Positions 1-8,300 of a stretch of DNA of 64,000 bases are shown here, piece after piece. Numbering within the stretch: the stretch's first letter is position 1; each line of letters opens with the position of its first letter. The stretch spans positions 113,605 to 177,604 of the forward strand of contig CAXXNO010000005.1 of NCBI GenBank assembly GCA_963663235.2, in the 5' to 3' direction. The notes below the pieces were generated by a model. That model was given only the letters and a program-made list of their open reading frames with translations, was not told the origin of the DNA and did no database searches. The translations under genes were made by a program, and so were the position numbers. This stretch comes from Dehalococcoidia bacterium. Its GTDB lineage: Bacteria; Chloroflexota; Dehalococcoidia; Bin125.

Positions 1-185
1 TCTTATAGGTATCGTCGTAGGTCGCGGCCAAGAACGCCGCACGGCCCTTCACCGTCAACGGCACCCACGTGTACCACGAACCCGTCGCATCGATGCCGTT
101 GTCGTCGACGTCGATGATCTCTCCCAGCATGTAGTGCAACGAGAACGGGTACATCTCGGCGCCGGGGACGAAGAAGGCATGGATC
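1..185 (-). pseudogene. SnoaL/NTF2-family protein, duplicate of 4788..5255 with in-frame 183-bp N-terminal deletion (runs off window edge)
   Basis: 1-185 near-identical to 4889-5073, then jumps to the equivalent of 5257; reads ATC-CAT-GCC-TTC-TTC (IHAFF...) directly after the conserved leader. Confidence 0.85.
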
Positions 186-291
186 GCTGTTCCTTTCTCC
201 GGGCGGTTCCAGCGCGTGCGGAAGGCTACCACTCGCCGCATCCCGGGAAAAGGCGACGATGGCGCTCTCGCGAGGTCGCCCGCGTCGCTCC

Positions 292-320
292 TTGACCGCC
301 CACAGGTCAGCGCTTATACA
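292..320 (+). promoter_or_regulatory. Sigma70-like promoter (TTGACC-17-TATACA) overlapped by TGACC-N7-GGTCA palindrome
   Basis: Motif conserved in both duplicate copies (293-309 and 5368-5384). Confidence 0.5.
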
Positions 321-409
321 GGCGGAACCTGAGTCTGGGCCGCGCTCTCTGACGCTCGCGCCCTGCACAGCCCCGGCGCGACCCTCTCGGCCGCCCAGCG
401 GAGGAAAAC

Positions 410-1444
410 ATGAGCAAGCTGCCGCCGATCAACATCTCCCTGAGCGGTTTCCCCTATGACGACGCGATCACCATGGTCAAGGAGGCGGACAAGGCGGGGC
501 TGTACGCTACCTGGGTGCCGGAGTTCCAACGCGACTCCCTGACCTATCTCGCCGCCATGGCCCCCCTCACCAGCGACATCAAGCTCATCAGCAGTGTCGC
601 CACCTGGACCCGTACCCCCGTCAACATGATGCGTGCCTGCAAGGACTTGGACATGCTCAGCCACGGCCGCTTCATGCTCGGCCTGGGCTCCATGCCCGCC
701 TCGTGGAACCGGGACTATCACGCCATCCCGCCCGAGAAGCCCGTGGCGCGCATGCGCGAATACGTGGAGACGCTGCGGCTCCTGTGGAAATCGGACCCGG
801 ACACACCCGTGAACTACGAGGGCCGCTTCTACCAAATCTACGATTACCGCGTCCTCGAGCCGCCCGATCGGCCGCATCTCCCCATCCTTCTTGGCGCCAC
901 CCGGCCGAACATGCTGCGGACCGCCGGAGAGATCGCCGACGGCGTCCTCTTCAACTGGAACTTCACGCTGGATTTCGTCAGGAACGAAGCGCTGCCGGCG
1001 ATTGTGGAGGGGGCCAAGAAATCCGGCCGCACCTTGCAAGACCTCCACATCGATGCCGGGCGGCCCGTCGTCTTCACCGACGACAAAGAAGAGGCCGACG
1101 CGGCCATCGCATGTTGGCGACGCGGGACGGCTTACATCTTCATACAGGCGGACTACCATCGCGACATGCTTGAAACACTCGGCTTCGAGGAGGAAGTGGC
1201 TCGCGGCAAGAAAGCGATGGCGGTCGGAGATTTCGACGGCGTCATCGAAGCGATCAACGACCGCATCGTCGACACCTTCGTCATCAGGGGCGCTCCCGAC
1301 GAGTGCCTGGAGCGCATCGCCGAGTTCAGCGATTTCGCGGACTCCTTTTCCGTCGCGAGTTCTACCTGGACCGGTGTGGGCGGCAAGGAGAGCATGAAAG
1401 CCACGCGCAGAGTGATCGAAGTGCTCGCGGACGCCGGCCGCTGA
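410..1444 (+). CDS. LLM-class flavin/F420-dependent oxidoreductase (Mer-like)
   Basis: LSHGRFMLGLG, MREYVETLRLLW, ILLGATRPNML..AGEIADG motifs; GGAGGA RBS. Confidence 0.92.
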   Translation: MSKLPPINISLSGFPYDDAITMVKEADKAGLYATWVPEFQRDSLTYLAAMAPLTSDIKLISSVATWTRTPVNMMRACKDLDMLSHGRFMLGLGSMPASWNRDYHAIPPEKPVARMREYVETLRLLWKSDPDTPVNYEGRFYQIYDYRVLEPPDRPHLPILLGATRPNMLRTAGEIADGVLFNWNFTLDFVRNEALPAIVEGAKKSGRTLQDLHIDAGRPVVFTDDKEEADAAIACWRRGTAYIFIQADYHRDMLETLGFEEEVARGKKAMAVGDFDGVIEAINDRIVDTFVIRGAPDECLERIAEFSDFADSFSVASSTWTGVGGKESMKATRRVIEVLADAGR

Positions 1445-1518
1445 TGCCCTTGAGGTGACGACGGCGTCCACGCTGGACCCATGCGCCGGGTCGGCCGACC
1501 TGCGAAAGGACGCAATCG

Positions 1519-2550
1519 ATGCAAATCGGCTCCTGCATGAACACCCACGGCGTGGTCTTCCGCAGCGAGACGGAGTTCTGGGTGGAGAACCTCGCCGCCG
1601 ACGACATGCGCCCCATCGAGTTCGCGCAGCGCGCCGAACGCCTCGGCTATCATTCCCTCTGGTTCCCGGACCACGTCACGCTGCCGCTCCAAACCACCGA
1701 TGTCCACATCGCCAATCCGGAGTCGGGCAAGCGCCACTACGTCGAGCGGCCCGAGATGCTCGACGCGCTCGTCACGATGGGCGCTGTGGCGGGCGCTACC
1801 AGCACCATCAAGCTGGCCACCTCCGTGCTGATCTCCCCCTACCGCCCCCCTCTTCACGACGCCCGCCAGTTCGCCACGGTCGACCGCCTGTCCAACGGCC
1901 GCCTCATCGCCGGCGTCGGGGCCGGCTGGGCCAAGGAGGAGTTCGACGCCCTCCACCTCAACTACGCGAAGCGCGGCGAGATGACCGATGAGTGCATCCA
2001 GGTCTACAAGACCGCCTGGCAGGACGGGACCCCCAACTTCGATGGGGAGTTCTACAGCTTCCACGACATCACCATGGACCCCAAGCCGGTGCAGAAGCCG
2101 CGGCCGCCCATCGTCTTCGGCGGCATGTCCAAGGCCGGAGCCCGCCGCGCGGCCCGCCTCTGCGACGGCTTCTACCCCATCTTCATGCACCCCGGGGCGC
2201 GGCCCCACGAGCTCGATCACTTCCAGGATGAGATCCGGCGCGAGGCCCAGCGCATCGGCCGAGACCTCTCCGACTTCATGATGATCGGGCAGGTGGCCGC
2301 CCGCATCACCGACGCCAACGATCCGCACTTGCAGCGCAAGGTGCGCCCGATCTGCGAGGGCACGCCGGAGATGATCCTCTCCGACCTCCAGGAGTTCGCC
2401 GAGGCCGGCTACTCCTTGATGGTCGTGCATCAGGATTGCCAGACCAGCACCGCCGAGGAGCTGTTCGAGCGCACGGAGCAGTTCGGCCGGGAGATCATCC
2501 CCCTCGCCCAGGACTTCAAGCCGGGCGGCGAGTGGAAGCCGGTCCCCTAG
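1519..2550 (+). CDS. LLM-class probable F420-dependent oxidoreductase (Rv2161c-like)
   Basis: SLWFPDHV, ATVDRLSNGRLIAGVGAGW, PKPVQKPRPPIVFGG. Confidence 0.92.
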   Translation: MQIGSCMNTHGVVFRSETEFWVENLAADDMRPIEFAQRAERLGYHSLWFPDHVTLPLQTTDVHIANPESGKRHYVERPEMLDALVTMGAVAGATSTIKLATSVLISPYRPPLHDARQFATVDRLSNGRLIAGVGAGWAKEEFDALHLNYAKRGEMTDECIQVYKTAWQDGTPNFDGEFYSFHDITMDPKPVQKPRPPIVFGGMSKAGARRAARLCDGFYPIFMHPGARPHELDHFQDEIRREAQRIGRDLSDFMMIGQVAARITDANDPHLQRKVRPICEGTPEMILSDLQEFAEAGYSLMVVHQDCQTSTAEELFERTEQFGREIIPLAQDFKPGGEWKPVP

Positions 2551-2588
2551 GCTGCCAACCATCGCATGCCATCGAGAGGAGGCGACCG

Positions 2589-2711
2589 ATGAAGGTGCAC
2601 GCGCTGGGCCACGCGGCCATCAAGGTGCGCGATGTGGAGCGCGGCGAGCGCTTCGTCTGCTTCAAGGACCCGGACGGCGCCATCCTGGAGCTGCTCGAGA
2701 TCCTGCGCTGA
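2589..2711 (+). pseudogene. Internally deleted VOC/glyoxalase gene (40 aa)
   Basis: N-terminal LGHAAIKVRDVER fused directly to C-terminal FKDPDGAILEL; GAGGAGG RBS. Confidence 0.7.
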
Positions 2712-2760
2712 GCGCTCCCACGGCGCCCGCCGGCCCCACCGCCGCGGGCGCGTGATCGGC

Positions 2761-2788
2761 GAGAGGCCCCTCGGTTGAGGGGCCTCTC
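2761..2788. terminator. Perfect 12-bp hairpin between convergent genes
   Basis: GAGAGGCCCCTC-GGTT-GAGGGGCCTCTC followed by GTTTG. Confidence 0.75.
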
Positions 2789-2822
2789 GTTTGTCGTCGC
2801 TGCCGGCGAAGGCGTTGCGGCG

Positions 2823-4655
2823 TTAGGCCGTAAAGACGATATCCCCGTAGTCGATGAGATTGTCGCCACGGTAGTGAAAGCCGCTGACGTTGTCGCGGAA
2901 AATGTACTGCGGGTTCGTCCAGGCGATGTGCTGGAAAGGGGCGTCTTCCGCGAGTATGCGCTGGGCCGTGTCGTAGAACGCCAGCGCATCGGGGGCCTGG
3001 TCATCCCCCACTTCAATCCCGGACTGCACGGCCGCCCAGAAGTCATCCCATTGCGCGCGGCCCGTGTCGTAGAAAGCAAAGTTGATCGGCGAGCCGCTCT
3101 GGAAGAAGAGCTGGAGGTAGTAGGGCATGGTCTGCACGAAGGACGCGGTGCGGACCAGGAACGTGGGCTGCCGCGCCTCCGGTGTGCCGCGGTTCTCGTC
3201 GGCGGCCGCGGGCGGCAACGCCACCAGGTTCAAGCGGATGCCGGCTTTGGCCGCCGACTCGCGCATGAGGACCGCGGCCTCCTCCTGGTCGGGGAGGGCC
3301 AGCTCGTACGACATGTCGATTTCAAAGCCGTCCGGCACTCCGGCCTCCGCCAGCAGCTCCTTGGCCTTGTCGATGTCGGTGACGTATTGGTGAGAGTGCT
3401 CCGGCGCGGCGCCGGGGATCGGCGGCCAGACTTGCGAAAATGCACGGATCGCCAGGCCCTCGTAGACCGTGTTGACCATGCCGTCGTACGGGATGATGTA
3501 GGCCAGCGCTTGACGGACCCGCGTATCTCCCCACACTTCTTCGTTCATGTTCGTCACGGAGAACAGGTTCAAGTTCGTGTCGGCCTTGGGAACGTAGGTC
3601 CCTTCCTCGCCCTGCGTGCTCGCCTGCTCGCGCGCCAGCATCGCCTTGGCGATGTGCACGTCGCCCCGGCGGACCAGCGCCAGCCGGTTGGCGCTCTCCG
3701 GCACCACCCGCCAGATGATCCGCTCGATCTGCGCGGGGTTGATCCCGTCGCCCCGGGCCCAGCCCTCGTTGCGGAGGAAGACCGCCTGTTCCCCTTGCGT
3801 GAAGATCTCGAGCTGGTAGGCCCCGAAGCCGTGGGAGTGCGTGACCGCCCACTCTTGCGACCACGGGTCGTCCTCCGTGGCGTTCTCCTTCATCAACTTG
3901 GAGTCGACGATCGCGCCCACGTGCTGGGCCATGATCGTCTGCTCGAACGTGGGGTACGGCCGGTTGAGCCGGAACTGCACCGTGAAATCGTCGATCCGCT
4001 GGATCTGGTCCGGATCAAAGAGCTCCGCCGCGAACGCCGAGATGAAGGCTCCCAGCCCCCCCGCCGCAATCTTGCGCTCCATGGTGTAGGTCACGTCGTC
4101 GGCCGTGAACGGGTTGCCGTTATAGCTGACCACGCCTTCGCGCAGCGTGAATTCGTAGGTCGTCCCGTCTTCGCTCTTGCTCCAGTCAACCGCCAGCCGC
4201 GGTTCCCAGGGGCCCGTTATATCCTCCCCCAAGAACCCGCCTGGCTGCTCCACGATCTTGTTGCGGATCAACGTGGAGTGGAGCATCACGTTGGCCTCTT
4301 GGCTCTCGTGGGTATTCGCCAACTCCTGGTCCAACGTGACGAACAGGTTGGCCTGCGCGACGACCAGATCGCGCTCCACGTCCACCGCCGCCTCTTCGGC
4401 CGCCTGCTCGATCTCTTCCGCCGCTTGCTCGACGGCCGCGACCTGCTCCTCCTCGGTGACCTGCGCCTGCGCCTGATCTTCTTCGATCACCTGCGCAATG
4501 GCTTGCGATATCGCTTCGTCGTCGTCGTCGCCGCAACCGACCAGGGCCAGTCCGGCCGCTCCCAGCCCGGCCACCCCCGAGGCGGCCAGCGCCCGTCGCC
4601 GCGACATCCGCTGGCCAAGCATTCGCCGGTAAGGGCTCACATACCGCTCTTTCAT
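2823..4655 (-). CDS. ABC transporter substrate-binding protein (peptide/nickel family 5), Tat lipoprotein
   Basis: SRRRAL twin-arginine, LVGC lipobox, DGTTYEFTLREGV, FTADDV..T; AGGAGG RBS. Confidence 0.9.
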   Translation of the reverse strand: MKERYVSPYRRMLGQRMSRRRALAASGVAGLGAAGLALVGCGDDDDEAISQAIAQVIEEDQAQAQVTEEEQVAAVEQAAEEIEQAAEEAAVDVERDLVVAQANLFVTLDQELANTHESQEANVMLHSTLIRNKIVEQPGGFLGEDITGPWEPRLAVDWSKSEDGTTYEFTLREGVVSYNGNPFTADDVTYTMERKIAAGGLGAFISAFAAELFDPDQIQRIDDFTVQFRLNRPYPTFEQTIMAQHVGAIVDSKLMKENATEDDPWSQEWAVTHSHGFGAYQLEIFTQGEQAVFLRNEGWARGDGINPAQIERIIWRVVPESANRLALVRRGDVHIAKAMLAREQASTQGEEGTYVPKADTNLNLFSVTNMNEEVWGDTRVRQALAYIIPYDGMVNTVYEGLAIRAFSQVWPPIPGAAPEHSHQYVTDIDKAKELLAEAGVPDGFEIDMSYELALPDQEEAAVLMRESAAKAGIRLNLVALPPAAADENRGTPEARQPTFLVRTASFVQTMPYYLQLFFQSGSPINFAFYDTGRAQWDDFWAAVQSGIEVGDDQAPDALAFYDTAQRILAEDAPFQHIAWTNPQYIFRDNVSGFHYRGDNLIDYGDIVFTA

Positions 4656-4787
4656 CGCTCGATCCTTCCTCCTGGTTCTGCCGAATCCCGCTTCCGCCAC
4701 CCGGACGGCGTTCCCGCGCCTGGGCATGATCGGCATCATACATGACTTACGAAACGGGTTGCCCACTTCACTAAGGAAGAGCGGACG

Positions 4788-5255
4788 CTACATCTGCAGA
4801 AACCGCTCCTTGGCCCAGCCCTCCTCGTAGCTCGTGAAAAACGCGAGGTGCACGTTGGAGGCGGCGATGAGCCAGCTCCCGTCGACTTTCTTATAGGTAT
4901 CGTCGTAGGTCGCGGCCAGGAACGCCGCACGGCCCTTCACCGTCAACGGCACCCACACGTACCACGAACCGGTCGCATCGATGCCGTTGTCGTCGACGTC
5001 GATGATCTCGCCCAGCATGTAGTGCAGCGAGAACGGGTACATCTCGGCGCCGGGGACGAAGAAGGCATGGATCTTCTCCCGGCCTTCCAGGTGGTAACCC
5101 ATCTCGTCCGAGTGCCACGTCGCGTCCTCGGTGAACAGGTTGGAAAGCCCGACCGGATCGAAGTCCTCGTCCGCCAGCCGGGCGTAGCCCTGCTTCAGCC
5201 GCCGGATCGCCTCAATGTTCTCCAGCCGTTGAAGCCGTTGCTCGATCGTGGGCAT
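4788..5255 (-). CDS. SnoaL-like / NTF2-family protein
   Basis: RLENIEAIRRLKQGYA, LFTEDATW, YDDTYKKVDGSWLI. Confidence 0.9.
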   Translation of the reverse strand: MPTIEQRLQRLENIEAIRRLKQGYARLADEDFDPVGLSNLFTEDATWHSDEMGYHLEGREKIHAFFVPGAEMYPFSLHYMLGEIIDVDDNGIDATGSWYVWVPLTVKGRAAFLAATYDDTYKKVDGSWLIAASNVHLAFFTSYEEGWAKERFLQM

Positions 5256-6580
5256 CGCTGTTCCTCTCTCTGGATGGTTCCAGCGCGTGCGCGCCGAAGG
5301 CTACCACTCGTCGTATCCCGGGAAAAGGCGACAAGGGCGCTCTCGCACGGTCGCCCGCGTCGCTTCTTGACCGCCCACAGGTCAGCGCTTATACAGGCGG
5401 AGCCTGGGTCTGGGCCGTGCTCTCTGACGCTCGCGCCCCGCACAGCCCCTCCGCCACGCTCTCCGCTGCCCAAAGGAGGAACCCCCAAAGTGAGGAACCG
5501 ATGAGCAAGCTGCCGCCGATCAACATCTCCCTGAGCGGTTTCCCCTATGACGACGCGATCACCATGGTCAAGGAGGCGGACAAGGCGGGGCTGTACGCTA
5601 CCTGGGTGCCGGAGTTCCAACGCGACTCCCTGACCTATCTCGGCGCCATGGCCCCCCTCACCAGCGACATCAAGCTCATCAGCAGTGTCGCCACCTGGAC
5701 CCGCACCCCCGTCAACATGATGCGTGCCTGCAAGGACTTGGACATGCTCAGCCACGGCCGCTTCATGCTCGGCCTGGGCAGCATGCCCGCCTCGTGGAAC
5801 CGGGACTATCACGCCATCGCGCCCGAGAAGCCCGTGGCGCGCATGCGCGAATACGTGGAGACGCTGCGGCTCCTGTGGAAATCGGACCCGGACACACCCG
5901 TGAACTACGAGGGCCGCTTCTACCAAATCTACGATTACCGCGTCCTCGAGCCGCCCGATCGGCCGCATCTTCCCATCCTTCTTGGCGCCACCCGGCCGAA
6001 TATGCTGCAGACCGCCGGAGAGATCGCCGACGGCGTCCTCTTCAACTGGAACTTCACGCTGGATTTCGTCAGGAACGAAGCGCTGCCGGCGATTGCGGAG
6101 GGGGCCAAGAAGTCCGGCCGCACCTTGCAAGACCTCCACATCGATGCCGGGCGGCCCGTTGTCTTCACCGACGACAAAGAAGAAGCCGATGCGGCCATCG
6201 CATGTTGGCGACGCGGGACGGCCTACATCTTCGTGGCGGCGGACTACCATCGCGACATGCTTGAAACACTCGGCTTCGAGGAGGAAGTGGCTCGCGGCAA
6301 GAAAGCGATGGCGGCCGGAGATTTCGACGGCGTCATCGAAGCGATCAACGACCGCATCATCGACACCTTCGTCATCAGAGGCACTCCCGACGAGTGCCTG
6401 GCGCGCATCGCCGAGTTCAGCGATTTCGCGGACTCCTTTTCCGTCTGGAGTCCCACCTGGACCGGTGTGGGCGGCAAGGAGAGCATGAAAGCCACGCGCA
6501 GAGTGATCGAAGTGCTCGCGGACGCCGGCCGCTGATGCCCTTGAGGTGACGACGGCGTCCACGCTGGCCCGATGCGCCGG
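4889..6580 (+). repeat. Direct duplication copy 2
   Basis: Near-identical to 1-1490 plus the 183 bp missing from copy 1. Confidence 0.95.
5501..6535 (+). CDS. LLM-class oxidoreductase, paralog of 410..1444 (about 12 aa differences)
   Basis: Same 344-aa length; ATG at 5501 after GAGGA. Confidence 0.92.
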   Translation: MSKLPPINISLSGFPYDDAITMVKEADKAGLYATWVPEFQRDSLTYLGAMAPLTSDIKLISSVATWTRTPVNMMRACKDLDMLSHGRFMLGLGSMPASWNRDYHAIAPEKPVARMREYVETLRLLWKSDPDTPVNYEGRFYQIYDYRVLEPPDRPHLPILLGATRPNMLQTAGEIADGVLFNWNFTLDFVRNEALPAIAEGAKKSGRTLQDLHIDAGRPVVFTDDKEEADAAIACWRRGTAYIFVAADYHRDMLETLGFEEEVARGKKAMAAGDFDGVIEAINDRIIDTFVIRGTPDECLARIAEFSDFADSFSVWSPTWTGVGGKESMKATRRVIEVLADAGR

Positions 6581-6606
6581 CCGCCCGGCGCCTGAGTGGA
6601 GGAACC

Positions 6607-7401
6607 ATGTCAATCAAGCGAGCCTACGTCGATGTCGACGGCCGTCAGCTCCACTACCGCGTCGCCGCGGGCAGCCGCGGCACGCCCATCGTCTACCTCC
6701 ACCAAACCGCCAGCTCCTCCGCCATGTACGAGGGGCTGTTGGCGCAGCTCGATGGCGAGCGCCCGCAATACGCCCTCGACACGCCGGGCTTCGGCCAGTC
6801 GGACTTCCCGCCCCCGGAGCCGACGGTGAACTCGTACGCACAGGGTCTCCTGGCGGCGGCCGGTGCCCTCGGCCTCGATCGCTTCCACGTCTTGGGGCAC
6901 CACACGGGCGCGTCGATCGCCTGTGAGATGGCCGCCATCGCGCCGGACCGCATCGCCACCTTGATCATGGCCGGCCCGCCCTACCTCGATGCCGAGGCGT
7001 GCAAAGAGTGGCTCGACGAGACCGCGGCCATGGTGATCGATGCGAAAGGCGGGCACTTGATGCCCGCCTGGGAGCGCGCCAAGGACCTCGGCCCCAATTC
7101 GTCGCTCGACATCGTGCATCGCGAGACGGTCGATACGCTCCGCGCGGGCGAGCGCTGGCACGAAGCCTACCTCGCCGTCTTCACCTACGACATGCCCGCG
7201 CGTCTCGCGCTGGTCCGCTGTCCCATCCTCATGCTCTGCACCCATGACGACCCTCTGCTGCCCTACTTTCCGCACGCCCGCGAAGCCCGGCCCGATGCTC
7301 GCTCCGTCGAGATGGACGGCGGCGTCTTCGTGATCGACGAAGCGCCGGAGGCGATCGCTGGCGAGGTCCGGACGTTCTTGGCCTCGGTCGAGTCGAGCTA
7401 G
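6607..7401 (+). CDS. Alpha/beta hydrolase-fold protein
   Basis: LDTPGFGQSD, VLGHHTGASIA elbow, PDRI. Confidence 0.88.
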   Translation: MSIKRAYVDVDGRQLHYRVAAGSRGTPIVYLHQTASSSAMYEGLLAQLDGERPQYALDTPGFGQSDFPPPEPTVNSYAQGLLAAAGALGLDRFHVLGHHTGASIACEMAAIAPDRIATLIMAGPPYLDAEACKEWLDETAAMVIDAKGGHLMPAWERAKDLGPNSSLDIVHRETVDTLRAGERWHEAYLAVFTYDMPARLALVRCPILMLCTHDDPLLPYFPHAREARPDARSVEMDGGVFVIDEAPEAIAGEVRTFLASVESS

Positions 7402-7477
7402 CTACGGCAGCGATCCTCTGCGGGAGCTTCGGGACCGGCGCGGCCATCCTTTGAGTGACTGTGCGAAGGGATACACC

Positions 7478-8299
7478 ATGACCGACGACCGGGCCCACGC
7501 CGATCGCAGGCGCGTCGCCGTTGAAGGCGTGCGCAAGTTGCGTGAGGGCGTCCTCGACGATGTCGAGGGTTATCTTCAGCACTCAGAAGACCGCATGGGG
7601 GCGGTCGGATCGTTCAGCGTTGACTTCGTCTTCGGCGATATCTGGGCGCGGCCGCAGCTCTCCCGCCGAGACCGCAGCCTGGTGACGCTGGCGGCGTTGA
7701 TCGCGGGAAGCGGTGCCGAAAGGGAGCTGGCGGTGCACGCAGAGAGCGCGATCATTCATGGGCTCTCGCGCGAGGAAGTGGAGGAGGTGGTCACGCACCT
7801 GAGCGCCTACGCGGGTTTCCCGCGCGCGCTGGCGGCGCTCCGGCACATTCAGGCTGGCCTCAATGCCGCGGACAGCGGATCGCCACCACCGCCCCGCCAG
7901 CCCGCGCAGCGTAAGAGCGATGCGGAGCGCCGCCGCGACGGGATTGATGTCCTTTCGACGCTGATGGGCTGGTCCGACCCCGAAGCGGACCTCGCGCAAC
8001 TGCGGGAGCGGATGGGGCCGATGGCGGACGTGTCGATCCAATTCTTGTGCGGCGAGGTCTGGGCGCGGTCCCAGCTATCCCCTCGCGACCGCAGCCTCGC
8101 CACGCTGTCGGCGTTGACACTGCTTGGTCGCACGGATCATCTGCCCACCCACGTCCGCGGCGCGCTCAACCACGGCCTCACCCGCGAGGAGATCGAGGAG
8201 GTGATGGTGCACCTGCTGGTCTACGCGGGCTGGCCGCTCGCGGTAACGGCGTTCCAGGCGGTCCGGGAGATCTTCGCGGAGATCGATAAGAGCGAGTGA
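7478..8299 (+). CDS. Carboxymuconolactone decarboxylase (CMD/AhpD) family, tandem domains
   Basis: Two copies of G[DE][IV]WAR.QLS.RDRSL.TL and YAG[FW]P. Confidence 0.88.
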   Translation: MTDDRAHADRRRVAVEGVRKLREGVLDDVEGYLQHSEDRMGAVGSFSVDFVFGDIWARPQLSRRDRSLVTLAALIAGSGAERELAVHAESAIIHGLSREEVEEVVTHLSAYAGFPRALAALRHIQAGLNAADSGSPPPPRQPAQRKSDAERRRDGIDVLSTLMGWSDPEADLAQLRERMGPMADVSIQFLCGEVWARSQLSPRDRSLATLSALTLLGRTDHLPTHVRGALNHGLTREEIEEVMVHLLVYAGWPLAVTAFQAVREIFAEIDKSE

Positions 8300-8300
8300 C

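Larger units (their letters stand above)
1..1490 (+). repeat. Direct duplication copy 1 (SnoaL gene, divergent promoter, LLM gene); copy 2 at ~4889-6580
   Basis: Colinear near-identity by eye, including 3' flank TGATGCCCTTGAGGTGACGACGGCGTCCACGCTGG. Confidence 0.95.
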
